Below, piece by piece: positions 11,964 through 24,066 of a stretch of DNA of 64,000 nucleotides (its first letter is position 1; every line of letters starts with the position of its first letter). The stretch covers positions 80,703,072 to 80,767,071 of the forward strand of contig NC_052154.1 of the NCBI RefSeq assembly GCF_902713615.1, in the 5' to 3' direction. Position numbers and translations under genes: made by a program. The notes beneath the pieces were generated by a model. The model was not told where the DNA came from. It ran no database searches and worked only from the letters and a program-made list of their open reading frames with translations. This stretch comes from Scyliorhinus canicula (taxonomy: Eukaryota).

Positions 11964-14856
11964 TCAAAGAGTCTCCGCTGAGACTGACGGCGTAAGCGAC
12001 TGGTCGAGTTCGGGAGCGAAGGAGGAATTGGGCCACCACTGTGAGTAAAATTTTTGCCACTTTGGTATTCCCCTCCGCTGTACCGTCCGCGATTCGGCCC
12101 CGCTGCTAGTGCTCAGGGACGCTCCTACGAAATCCAGGTCAGTCCGGCGAACCCGTTTAAGGGAGGGAGTGTGGCCCCTACAGTTATAGCCATGGGCACA
12201 GTCAGGGACTAGTGTCTTAAGGGAGGGTGTGTAGCCCCTACAGTTATAGCTACAACAGAGGTTTCGGCATTATTATGATCCTTGCTTTTGTTTAAACGTG
12301 CCCCCGCGATAAGAGGCTTTAGAAGGGTGCGTGATCAACCCTAAGTTAAAACTATAACAAGGACGTTATAACCTTGTAGTTAGATAGGCTTTCAGGCACG
12401 GATGAGCCTGCCTGAATTGGGCAGCGGAGCAGGATAACTCCGTTTAAATTTATGATTGAATAAAGTGGTCCAGGACCATTTCGCTAAATAAACAATAATC
12501 GCAAGGATCATTAACTGCCAATAGTGTTAGAGATGGGTAACACGTTAGATACAACCTCTGATAGTGGAAGCGCGCTTCCGGAATATTCCAAGCAACTGAG
12601 ACAATTGTCAGGAGAATTGCATAAAAATTTAGAAGAAAAATGGCCACTGGGGGGAAAAATAATGCATTAAAATTGGGTATAAAATTGACAGAGAAAGAAA
12701 TAGTTAAAACAGCCAAGGTCTTAAAAAAAGGAAGGCACATATGGGAAAAGAACCAAGTCATTAGGCTATCCGCCTTGAATCTGTATATTAATCCATGTGA
12801 GTTTAAGCTTAAGTGAGATAAGGTGCTGTCAGGGACTGCGGAGTTCCCAAATCTTATCTCCCAGAATTCTGACATAGTAAACTGCTTTGTTACTGATATT
12901 CAGGCCTTTGTGTGAATATTTTCATCCCTAACATTTAGTGTAAGTCTGGAAGAATTTGCTGAGCTGGACGCCGCTCGAGCCGGTGGACAAGGCGAGTAGT
13001 CAAACCTTTGACCGCCTAAAATTAGAATCACTTGGCAAGGCGGACAGACGGTGAGGTAACATCCAATAAATCTAGTATCAAGGCCAAATTAGTAAAAAAT
13101 CAGTTTAAAATTTTTTTTTTAGGTTTTTGAAGAGCAAAATACTCTGGTAAAAAAAACAATGATCAAAGATGGGTGTGATTTCTGTGGATCAGAGAAAAAT
13201 GGTGAGATACACAGAAGTAAAGATAAGACAAATAAAGTTAGAAGCACAAATGATAAATTCAACCTTCACACCATTTGGAAGACAGGCTGGTTAAAAGGAA
13301 TTGAACTCTAACTCCTTTAAACAAAGCAATCAAGTGGGTAAAGATAATGTAAAGACCTCACAAAACTGCCAACAATTACGGCTAACAACTGTCCCGGAAT
13401 GTCTCAAGGAGAGAAAAAAAAATCAAATTAAGTGAAGTCCAAAAGATCAGAAAGGGGCTAAAACACTCAATTAGTTTTGTTCAGGAATATCTGAGGATGA
13501 CTAACCCCCCCCCTCCCAAAATGAAAAAATGGGGAGGAAAATCAATACAAGGTTACGGTTAGAAACTTAAGAATGGATACATGGCGAGAATAACTTCAGA
13601 TCGTTTCAAGCCGTCCAGATAAATTCAGCAGTAATTCAACTCATTTGAAATAAAAGAAAAATAAACATCCAAAAACCGGTTAAATAACGAACATTGAAAA
13701 TTGAAAGAAAGGATGGGTAATGTCTAAGGTCACATAGCAGACGGAGATGGCACCATGCCAAGTTCTCCAACACTTTTGATTCTGTACAAAAATTTAACCA
13801 TTTCAGCAAGCAGGTCATCTGCACAAAGAAAAGCTAATGCCTCTAAAATTAATCAGTGGAAATTGACTTAAATGGAATGACACAGATAAAGTTTTCGAAG
13901 GAGAATGAAAAATTTTGTTCAGTATTTTAATTTTGTTCCATTTTAGAGAAAGAGAGGCAGACAGAGTTACATAGAGAGAGTTACGTAGAGAGAGAGAGAC
14001 TGATAGAGACAGCGAAAATTGAGAGAGCGAAAGAGAGCGAGTCAGGGAGAGACAGAGAAGGGCAGGGGTAGTTAGATAAAGAGAAAGAGCGACAAGAGTT
14101 CCAAAGACAGACAGAGAGAGTTTTAGGCATTTAAACATTGTTCTGAACTATTCACTGTCTTTGTATTCAGACTTTGACTTCAGACATTGACTTTTTACGA
14201 GCTGTGATTATTTGAAAGCTTTGGGTTGTCTGCGCATTGTCATTGAAGGGTAATTTTGATACACAGAGAATTTTGGTCAGGGTGCGAGATCACGTGTGTA
14301 GGAATAGGAAAGTATTGGTTTTGTGGTGTTCAGCGGAGGTTGGGATGGTTGAAGTGCATGTGACAGGTGTGATCAAGCCGTGTTTCATTGATTCAGGGTT
14401 GGAACTCCCTGACACAGATAGTCTTCAGTAGGGTGAAACGAAACTGTCTCACAACGCAGATGTTTTAATTATGAGATTGCAGAATGACTTATAAACAACA
14501 GATGGGTAAATGAAATATGTCCATGAGTTTCAATAACATATTGTGTTCCTTGAAAAACTTGATAACGGGAATTTGGCAGCACTCCAACTTTTACTCCCAG
14601 CCATTTGAGTGAAAAATTAAAAACAAGTTTAGAGATGCGAATGGCATCATTCCAATTTATCCACCCACTATACGCCCCTTTTTGTCTCTGCAAGACAATT
14701 AACCCTTTCAACAAGCTTTTGTGTGTAATCCAGAAGATGTCTTGACACTCCCATACGGGTTTGCCTGTGAGCTCTGGCCTTTTAAATTCTGATAAAGTAA
14801 TGAATAGTCCACACAGTTGAAGATGCATTTTAATTGGAACTTACAAATCTTAAGTT

Positions 14857-16454
14857 TTGAATTTTCACCCTCTTAACGACCCAGACCTAACCATGTTCAC
14901 AGATGGAAGTGCTTCCATCGGTGAAAGGGGGGAGCAGTTATCAGGATATGCTATAATCAACCACGGTGGGGAGACAGTAGAATCAGCAGCATTTGAGACT
15001 CCGTTTTCAGCACAGCAAGCAGACTTGTTCGCACTAATACGCGCATGCGCACTAGGAGTAGGCAAAAAGTTAATATTTATACAGACTCCAGATATGCTTT
15101 TGGAGTTGTACATGATTTTGGACAATTATGGAAGAACAGAGGATTCTTAACATCTGCTGGCACCCCAATTTCCCATCAGCAGCTAGTAACCCAGTTACTC
15201 CAAGCTCTTATGCTCCCAGAAAAGGTAGCAGTGATAAAGTGTACTGCCCATACGAAAGGAAAAACTCCAGTAGATGAAGGAAATAGGCAGGCCAACCACC
15301 AAGCAAAAGAAGCCTCAAAGTCAAAAGCCATGGTAGTGCCTAAAATGATGAGCCAGACTAAAAGCTCAAAAGACAAGTCTCCCTCTAAAAAAAAACCTAT
15401 GCCGACCATTACTGATGTAATCCAGCTACAGGAGGACGCTCCTGCTAGCGATATAAAGTTATGGGAAGAATTGGGATGTATATATGATAAAGAAAGTAAG
15501 CTGTGGGTCACCCCAGCAGGGCAGACATGTATGCCCGTTGCTTTGGCAGCCTGGGTGACCGAATGTGTACACTTTGCAACTCACTGTGGTGCTCGCACTA
15601 TAGGTGATATATTGTTAAAAACCTGGTGGCATCCCAGACTGCAGGAGATAGCCCAACGAATTAGCAATCGCTGCTTGATATGTCAGCAGTATAACCTTGG
15701 GAAGGCTGTCCCCTGCGAGCAGGGGAAAACACCATTGCCCGAGGGTCCCTTTGAGACCCTGCAACTGGACTACATTGAGTTGGAAAGATGCCAGTGTTAT
15801 AAGCATGTATTAGTGATTGTTGACGTGTTTAGTAAATGGATAGAGGCCTATTCTACTGTAGATAATAAGGCTTCAACTGTAGTAAAAGTTCTTATGCGTG
15901 AAATTGTACCAAGATTTGGACTTCCATATCGTTTAAGCTCTGATAATAGACCTCACTTTGTGGGACAGATTAATAAAGAATTCTGCACTCAACTAGGAAT
16001 TAAACAGCAGTTACACTGTGCCTACAGACCCCACGCAGCTGGGATAGTGGAAAGAGCTAACCAGACTTTAAAGACTAAGCTTTTTAAATTACAAGCAGAG
16101 ACTGGAGCCACTTGGCTGAAACTATTACCGACTGCACTCCGCACTCCATGGGATTGTGAGATTCCCCAAGAGGTCCAGTTCCACCACATGACTACAGAAA
16201 TGGCTAATTACATAATAGCCTTGAGTCTCCACTTACAAGTACATGCCACGCAAGAGGAAGTGCCACCTTTAGCTAGCTCCGATATTGTACAACCGGGAGA
16301 TCATGTGATGATCTGCAATTGGACATGGAAGGGGTTGGAACCACGTTGGGAAGGACCGTTCCAAGTTCTCCTAACCACCCCCACGGCAGTCAAAGTTGAA
16401 GGACGCAATGCGTGGATTCACACCCACCACTGTAAACTAGTGAAGTTTTCGTGA
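14857..16454 (+). pseudogene. pol: ERV pol 3' part: RNase H + integrase
   Basis: RNase H motifs MFTDGSA and [12 protein letters not shown]. Integrase HHCC (H..TH...C.IC), [21 protein letters not shown] and C-terminal [18 protein letters not shown]. One frameshift in an A-run near 15065 and an apparent deletion after LLPTAL. Confidence 0.92.
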
Positions 16455-16510
16455 TTATTAACTTTCGTTTTCAAGTTCTAGGTACATGTGGCTGATCGTT
16501 CGACTACAGG

Positions 16511-18166
16511 ATGAGGCTGCCTTTTGTACTCGCGATCCTCGCCAGCACACTACTGTGTGCGACCACTCGAGACCGACAATGTAGACCCGGCGGACGAATT
16601 CTGCACCTTTGTAGTGATGACACTTTTAGCTGTGTTAACAGCACCACAGATGAGATCTTATGGACGGCAACTCTGGTGGATACCTGTACCACCATTATTC
16701 ATCAAGACGAGCAGAAGCCTCGGTTCCTGACTACCCGCGGATCCCTGACCTGCGATCGCTATGCTTGCCGGTGGGACTACTGGTGTACGAGGAAAGGCAA
16801 GCCACGAGTTCCTGAGTATAAGACTATTCATACTCACCCGCCTACCAGGAGGAAGCGGGCAACACACCACGTGACTGCAAATTCATTCCTGTTTATGTCT
16901 TATACTTATGCAAAGAAATTGAATGTCTCCTCTTGTTGGGTATGTACGCATGTTCCCAGCCATGCCCATGGGGGTATTCCTTTGGTCCCTCTTTCCTATT
17001 TGATCGAGGAGGTTGCAGAATGGGCTTTGCGACGTAATCATACCGATTCTGATAATGATACACAAGATATGATAGATTGGCAGTCGGCTGGGTTCAATAT
17101 GAACAGGTTTCAAGGATGGTAGTGGCCGAAGTTTAATGCAACCCGTCAGCCGCCCTACCTGATCCTCCCCAAGTATGCTAAATTTCCAAAAGGCAGTATA
17201 TGTTTTAAAAAGGATCATGCCAATGGGACCCACCCGGTAGGTACCAGCCAATGTAACCAGACCCTGATTTGGCAACCACCCATAACTAATCTTACACAAA
17301 AGGGCTTGTTCACCTTTAATTGGTCAGCAATAAAGAACCAGACTAGTGGCGGCCCCTGGAGGGGGGAACCGACTAGAATCATGATGACGGATGCCAAGGG
17401 GAACTTGAGCTCGTACAATGATACCTATTTTGTATGCGGACATAAAGCATATCCCTGGTTGCTGGAAAATTGGTCGGGTTCTTGCTATATGGGCTTTGTA
17501 GTCCCTGGTGTCGCCCATTATACAGACCTATCCAACCATCCCCATGCCCGATCCACTAGGTCCATTGTGCCTTGGGAGGTAATAGCTACTGTCCTTTGGC
17601 CGCAGTTCGGCAGTATTAGATCTCTCCAAAAAGTCACCCAGCTCCGGGATATATTGGAGCAGGTGGCCAATGATACCGCAGAAGGACTCAGTGAGGTCAG
17701 CGCAGAGTTAGTAGCTGTTCGGACGGTTGCCTTACAGAACCGTATGGCTCTAGACTACCTCCTCGCCAGCAAGGGAGGTACATGTGCTGTGGTGGGTTCT
17801 GAGTGCTGTACTTATATCCCTGATAGCTCGGAGAACATTACTCACCTAGTGGACCACATTAGGGATGGGGTAACGAGACTCCGCCAGTCCTCCTCAGACG
17901 ACTGGGGATGGCTGTGGTCTAGCTCCTGGACCACCTATCTGTTTCATGGATTTATTATCTTTATCGCTATTTGCATTTTGCTGTGTATTATTATAACCTG
18001 TGTTAAATGCTTTTGTAATCGTTTAGGCGCTTCTGTGATGCCACAGATGCTGCAGCGGCTTTCCCAATTAGACCCGCAGGACTTAGTACGTGCCGACAAT
18101 GTGTATGAGGATGTGGAGCCAAATTTCCCGGAGGCATTCCTCAGACTCTCAAGGATAAGTTTCTGA
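16511..18166 (+). pseudogene. env: ERV env (gamma-type), a single 551-codon frame with one internal TAG at 17120-17122
   Basis: ORFs 16511-17122 and 17306-18166 share a frame and the gap is open. Contains a signal peptide, RRKR, CWVC, RSTR plus fusion peptide, ISD LQNRMALDYLLASKGG, CX6CC (CAVVGSECC) and a TM anchor. Confidence 0.93.
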
Positions 18167-18190
18167 GGGCTGTGTGATCATGGAATGATC

Positions 18191-18201
18191 AAAGGGGGAA
18201 G
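18191..18201 (+). promoter_or_regulatory. Polypurine tract
   Basis: AAAGGGGGAAG immediately before the 3' LTR. Confidence 0.9.
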
Positions 18202-18766
18202 TGAGGATGTGAAGCAAGGGTTAATAGCCAGAAAGAGCCAGGTGGAACATCACAAATTAAAAGAATATGTTATTGAAGCCATTGAAGGATGTTCAAGGTA
18301 AGGGAGTGCGACTATAAGCCAAACAACCTTGAGAAACAAGGCGAATGGCCGGATGATGAGATATGAAATATGGGGGCCGCTTGCAATTATAGCTAACATT
18401 TACTAATTAAGCTAAAACTGCTACATTATCATGTGCCAATAGATAACCTCAATATCTATCTCAATGTCTGTAAAATTATGTATTGAAAATATGACAATAA
18501 CAAATTAATCATGTACTAAACATTTGGTAAAAACAAGCTGTAATCTGTACTGGAGGCAAGCTCAAGTGAATGTAAGAGACAACCCCTTAAAAAAAAACAT
18601 ATAAAAGAAAGGTGCTTTGAGCAAGACTTTGGCACTCTCAGAGAGGTGTTTCTTTGGAATACCTAGAGAGCAGCCCCGATCGCAATAAAGAATATTCTGA
18701 AGTACGGACGTGTTCGAGATCGTTTCTTCCGGACTGAGAGACAAGTGAATTAGACACGCATTCACA
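18202..18766 (+). repeat. ERV 3' LTR (565 bp)
   Basis: TG...CA termini, AATAAA, near-identical to the 5' LTR. Confidence 0.95.
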
Positions 18767-19348
18767 GTGGCACTGTCACCGGCTGAAATGGAACAGTCCC
18801 AGAAGGAGGGGTCTACTCCCTTTGCTCCATGGCTGTGCTCATTGGACCCTGGTCGTGACAGGAGCGGGCCTTCAGGACTGGCAGCGCCATGTGGCAGGGG
18901 TGCCTCGGGGGTTAGCTCCATTCACACCCCATCCCAAGGAGTAGCCCGGGGGCCATCGGGCAGCCCGAGGGAGGGAGAGGCGATATGGCCTGTGCCGAAT
19001 ACACCTGCTGGGGTGGCCAGATCACCATAGCACCTCCCCCTCCTGTCCCTGGTGCATCTGATGGGCAGCAGGTGGCACCACGCCACTTGGAACACCCGAG
19101 CAGCAGTCGGGTCCAACCAGGCCCGGTCACGCCAGAACATGGCCGCCAAATGGAACCCAGGACACATTGTGTGAACCGCACCAGGCTGCCTCCACTCCTG
19201 ATGTATTGCATGGGGATCCACCAAGGCATTGTGTTAGGGCCCATAAGGTCAGAAAGGTAGGCACCAGTTAAGTTGGCAGGGATGTAGCACACACTATAGT
19301 GATAGGGGCTAGAGCACATACCTATACATATATGTTCACAGTTTCACG

Positions 19349-22107
19349 ATGAACCGGAATGGTTGTTGCAGGTTCCGGGGTTTAGGTGTTTTAGTAAGGT
19401 CAGAGAAGGGGGCAAAAGAGGGGGAGGTGTGGCGCTGCTAGTCAAGGACAGTATTACGGTGGCGGAAAGGATGCTAGATGGGGACTCTTCTTCCGAGGTA
19501 GTATGGGCTGAGGTTAGAAACAGAAAAGGAGAGGTCACCCTGTTGGGAGTTTTCTATAGGCCACCTAACAGTTCTAGGGATGTAGAGGAAAGGATGGCGA
19601 AGATGATTCTGGAAAAGAGCGAAAGTAACAGGGTAGTTGTGATGGGAGACTTTAACTTTCCAAATATTGACTGGAAAAGATATAGTTCGAGTACATTAGA
19701 TGGGTCGTTCTTTGTACAATGTGTGCAGGAGGGTTTCCTGACACAATATGTTGACAGGCCAACAAGAGGCGAGGCCACATTGGATTTGGTTTTGGGTAAT
19801 GAACCAGGCCAGGTGTTAGATCTGGAGGTAGGTGAGCACTTTGGAAACAGTGACCACAATTCAGTGACCTTTACGTTAGTGATGGAAAGGGAGAAGTATA
19901 CCCCGCAGGGCAAGAGTTATAGCTGGGGGAAGGGCAATTATGATGCCATTAGACATGACTTAGGATGTGTAGGTTGGAGAAGTAGGCTGCAAGGGTTGGG
20001 CACACTGGATATGTGGAGCTTGTTCAAGGAACAGCTATTGCATGTTCTTGATAAGTACGTACCAGTCAGGCAGGGAGGAAAGGGTCGAGCGAGGGAACCG
20101 TGGTTTACCAAAGAAGTGGAATCTCTTGTTAAGAGGAAGAAGGAGGCCTATGTGAAGATGAGGCGTGAAGTTTCAGTTGGGGCGCTTGATAGTTACAAGG
20201 AAGCGAGGAAGGATCTAAAGAGAGAGCTGAGACGAGCAAGGAGGGGACATGAGAAGTCTTTGGCAGGTAGGATCAAGGAAAACCCAAAAGCTTTCTATAG
20301 GTATGTCAGAAATAAAAGAATGACTAGGGTAAGAGTAGGGCCAGTCAAGGACAGTGGTGGGAAGTTGTGTGTGGAGGCTGAGGAGATAAGCGAGATACTA
20401 AATGAATACTTTTCGTCAGTATTCACTCAAGAAAAAGATAATATTGTGGAGGAGAATGCTGAGACCCAGGATATTAGAATAAATGGCATTGAGGTGCGTA
20501 GGGAAGAAGTGTTGGCAATTCTGGACAAGGTGAAAATAGATAAGTCCCCGGGGCCTGATGGGATTTATCCTAGGATTCTCTGGGAAGCCAGGGAAGAGAT
20601 TGCTGAGCCTTTGGCTTTGATTTTTAGGTCATCATTGGCTACAGGAATAGTGCCAGAGGACTGGAGGATAGCAAATGTGGTCCCTTTGTTCAAGAAGGGA
20701 ATTAGAGATAACCCCGGTAACTATAGGCCGGTGAGCCTAACGTCTGTGGTGGGTAAAGTCTTGGAGAGGATTATAAAAGATACGATTTATAATCATCTAG
20801 ATAGGAATAATATGATTAGGGATAGTCAGCATGGTTTTGTGAAGGGTAGGTCATGCCTCACAAACCTTATCGAGTTCTTTGAGAAGGTGACTGAACAGGT
20901 AGACGAGGGTAGAGCAGTTGATGTGGTGTATATGGATTTCAGTAAAGCGTTTGATAAGGTTCCCCACGGTCGGCTATTGCAGAAAATACGGAGGCTGGGG
21001 ATTGAGGGTGATTTAGAGATGTGGATCAGAAATTGGCTAGTTGAAAGAAGACAGAGAGTGGTAGTTGATGGTAAATGTTCAGAATGGAGTTCAGTTACGA
21101 GTGGCGTACCACAAGGATCTGTTCTGGGGCCGTTGCTGTTTGTCATTTTTATAAATGACCTAGAGGAGGGCGCAGAAGGATGGGTGAGTAAATTTGCAGA
21201 CGACACTAAAGTCGGTGGAGTTGTAGACAGTGCGGAAGGATGTTGCAGGTTACAGAGGGACATAGATAAGCTGCAGAGCTGGGCTGAGAGGTGGCAAATG
21301 GAGTTTAATGTGGAGAAGTGTGAGGTGATTCACTTTGGAAAGAATAACAGGAATGCGGAATATTTGGCTAATGGTAAAATTCTTGGTAGTGTGGATGAGC
21401 AGAGGGATCTCGGTGTCCATGTACATAGATCCCTGAAAGTTGCCACCCAGGTTGATAGGGTTGTGAAGAAGGCCTATGGTGTGTTGGCCTTTATTGGTAG
21501 AGGGATTGAGTTCCGGAGCCATGAGGTCATGTTGCAGTTGTACAAAACTCTAGTACGGCCACATTTGGAGTATTGCGTACAGTTCTGGTCGCCTCATTAT
21601 AGGAAGGACGTGGAAGCTTTGGAACGGGTGCAGAGGAGATTTACCAGGATGTTGCCTGGTATGGCGGGAAAATCTTATGAGGAAAGGCTGATGGACTTGA
21701 GGTTGTTTTCGTTAGAGAGAAGAAGGTTAAGAGGTGACTTAATAGAGGCATACAAAATGATCAGAGGGTTAGATAGGGTGGACAGTGAGAGCCTTCTCCC
21801 GCGGATGGAGGTGGCTAGCACGAGGGGACATAGCCTTAAATTGAGGGGTAATAGATATAGGACAGAGGTCAGAGGTGGGTTTTTTACGCAAAGAGTGGTG
21901 AGGCCCTGGAATGCCCTACCTGCAGCAGTAGTGAACTCGCCAACATTGAGGGCATTTAAAAGTTTATTGGATAAGCATATGGATGATAAGGGCATAGTGT
22001 AGGTTAGATGGCCTTTAGTTTTTTTCCATGTCGGTGCAACATCGAGGGCCGAAGGGCCTGTACTGCGCTGTATCGTTCTATGTTCTATGTTCTATGTTCT
22101 ATGAACC
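19349..22107 (+). mobile_element. CR1-clade LINE, 5'-truncated, young
   Basis: APE-RT ORF, 3' UTR ending GAGGGCCGAAGGGCCTGT..(TTCTATG)n, flanked by the direct repeat ATGAACC (19349-19355 and 22101-22107). Confidence 0.93.
19363..22002 (+). CDS. CR1 ORF2 (APE endonuclease C-terminal part + reverse transcriptase), uninterrupted but lacking its N-terminus
   Basis: 879 open codons; GGGVALLVK, MGDFNFP, SDHN, GVPQGSVLGP, FADDTK, RPHLEYCVQFWSP. Confidence 0.9.
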   Translation: MLQVPGFRCFSKVREGGKRGGGVALLVKDSITVAERMLDGDSSSEVVWAEVRNRKGEVTLLGVFYRPPNSSRDVEERMAKMILEKSESNRVVVMGDFNFPNIDWKRYSSSTLDGSFFVQCVQEGFLTQYVDRPTRGEATLDLVLGNEPGQVLDLEVGEHFGNSDHNSVTFTLVMEREKYTPQGKSYSWGKGNYDAIRHDLGCVGWRSRLQGLGTLDMWSLFKEQLLHVLDKYVPVRQGGKGRAREPWFTKEVESLVKRKKEAYVKMRREVSVGALDSYKEARKDLKRELRRARRGHEKSLAGRIKENPKAFYRYVRNKRMTRVRVGPVKDSGGKLCVEAEEISEILNEYFSSVFTQEKDNIVEENAETQDIRINGIEVRREEVLAILDKVKIDKSPGPDGIYPRILWEAREEIAEPLALIFRSSLATGIVPEDWRIANVVPLFKKGIRDNPGNYRPVSLTSVVGKVLERIIKDTIYNHLDRNNMIRDSQHGFVKGRSCLTNLIEFFEKVTEQVDEGRAVDVVYMDFSKAFDKVPHGRLLQKIRRLGIEGDLEMWIRNWLVERRQRVVVDGKCSEWSSVTSGVPQGSVLGPLLFVIFINDLEEGAEGWVSKFADDTKVGGVVDSAEGCCRLQRDIDKLQSWAERWQMEFNVEKCEVIHFGKNNRNAEYLANGKILGSVDEQRDLGVHVHRSLKVATQVDRVVKKAYGVLAFIGRGIEFRSHEVMLQLYKTLVRPHLEYCVQFWSPHYRKDVEALERVQRRFTRMLPGMAGKSYEERLMDLRLFSLERRRLRGDLIEAYKMIRGLDRVDSESLLPRMEVASTRGHSLKLRGNRYRTEVRGGFFTQRVVRPWNALPAAVVNSPTLRAFKSLLDKHMDDKGIV

Positions 22108-22699
22108 CCTGTGCAGAATGTTTTGACCAGTCTTGGTGCTGTCAGAAGGGTATGAAGGATGGGCTGGACTGGGCTGGCTGCATAGATGGGCTGGGGGGTG
22201 GGGTGGAGGGGGAGATGGGCAGACGTTGGGAGTGTGCTTGGCCCAGTGACGCCAATTCAGCCACCTCTGAGGTGCCCCACCCTCATCCCGCACTACCCCA
22301 TATCCCCCCCTGCCTTACCCCCACCCCCACCGTCCCGACATGCGCCACCCCAAGGGTTCAGTGGGACCTTGTGTTAGAATGGCCAGTTCACATGCAAGAT
22401 CCCCCAGGTGGACGGTGGAAAATGCTTCCATGGGCAGGAGTCAGATGTTGTCAAACAGTGAGGTGCACCATAGCTCATCGCAGAGTGGGCCGTCATCATG
22501 CCCTCAAACCCAGGGCTTGCACCCATTGTGAGGCAGGTAGGAATCACGTAGGGGGTTGCGAGGCGGGGTGGGGGGGGGGGGGGGGGGAGGTGGATGTGGT
22601 GCAGAGAGGTGTTCATGAGAGGGGGTAATCGACTGGCAGGGGTGGGGTGGGGTGGTGTGCGGGTAGGATGGATTGTCCGTGCCGTTGGCCAGGCCCTCG

Positions 22700-23887
22700 A
22701 GTCGGTGAACCTGGAGTTGATTAGAGTGTCCCATGCGCGCTGACCCAGGTGTACTCATTGCCCGGGCTCCTGTGCCTGTCCAGGCCCAATTTTCTGCCCA
22801 TCCTCGCCCTTCTGCCATTTATTCTCCTCTTCCAGCACGTTGTCCCTCTGCTGCACGATGTTATGGAGAACGCAGCAGGCCACCATGATGTGAGAGACCC
22901 TACTAGCGCTATGTGGGAGGATCCCTCCAGAGTGATCGAGGCACCTGAATGCTGGACCAGGATGCTGAGGGACTGCTCGCTCACGCTCCTGGCTGCTGTA
23001 TGGGCATCGTCATAGTGGGCCTCTGTGTCAGTCTCTGACCTCGGGATAGCCATGACCGTAGCAAATAAGCCCTGTCACCCAGGAGCCGACTCCTCAGCAG
23101 GGATTGCGCCAAAAAGAGGTCAGGAAACGTTGAGTGTGCCAGGCTGAATGCGTTGTGCACACTGTCTGTGTATTGGGCGCAGATGTGCATCATGCGCATT
23201 TGATTGCCACACACTGGCTGCACATTCAACGAGTGGAACCCCTTTCAGATGTGAAGACCGACCCGTCATGGGCCTGTGCTCGTGGGTGGACATGTATCCC
23301 GCCGATCACCCCCTGGACCTGGAGCATCTCGATGATGACGGTGAACCCTACCTGGGAATCCTGGTGGGCTCGGTCCACATTGAATTCGACATATTGTGCC
23401 AACTGGGCATTTGGGCCTTTGTGATGGTGCGGATACACCTGTACACCAAATTCCATGAGATCCTGGACCGGTCCAAAATTGGTGCCTTGATGGCTACCGG
23501 GAGCAGGTGTCCTCCCCAATTCCCCCATGGTGCCAGGTGCACCATGATCTTGCACGTATGTCGCACTGACCGCCTGCTCAGACGGTGCCTCCAAAGGCAT
23601 GCCCGGTCCGGCAGGTCCTTGGATGGCAGGCACTGCCAGCGGACAGGAGACCTCATGCCGTGACTCCTTCCCACCTCCTGCTTGGCCTGTTAGGCGGCCG
23701 GCTCTCCATCCTCACTGGCTGCTTCCTGTTCCTCTGGGGCAGGCTCCACTACTGCAGGGTCCTCCTCGAGCAGCTCCTGCTCGTACAGCCTCAGTGCATC
23801 CCTCAGGGCTACGGCGGCTAGGATGAAGGCCACCATTCCCAGTTGGATTCCGATAGCCGTTGTCCGCAGGGGGTGAAAGTTAGACAT
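22700..23887 (-). pseudogene. Harbinger DDE transposase, decayed
   Basis: VQGVIGGIHV, MNVQPVCGNQMRMMHICAQY.DSVHN, LLGDRAY, EAHYDDAHTAARSVSEQ; stops and frameshifts. Confidence 0.85.
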
Positions 23888-24066
23888 GTTACCATGCCGG
23901 ACCAGGTCTAATAGGCTACACTGTGCCCCTGCCCCCTCCTGCCCCCCTCCAGGACGCCCCCACCCCCGGCTGTTCCCCCTGGCACTCTGCCCTCTACACC
24001 CTTGGTCCTGACGGAGTTGGCACCATGAGGGCCTCTGGCCTAGGTGCCTGTCCCAGCTGCCAGGGG

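Larger units (their letters stand above)
11037..18766 (+). mobile_element. Endogenous retrovirus, class I (gamma/epsilon-related, gamma-type Env), non-autonomous
   Basis: Two near-identical TG...CA LTRs, 4-bp TSD GTGG (11033-11036 and 18767-18770), PBS, PPT, RNaseH-integrase and env ORFs. Confidence 0.95.

Noticed and set aside
12450-12875. 141-aa hydrophobic minus-strand ORF in the ERV interior (possible antisense accessory gene)
   Set aside because: Explained by the T-rich complement of an A-rich gag-like relic; no motif support.
19554-21995. Minus-strand ORFs inside the CR1
   Set aside because: Antisense shadows of ORF2.
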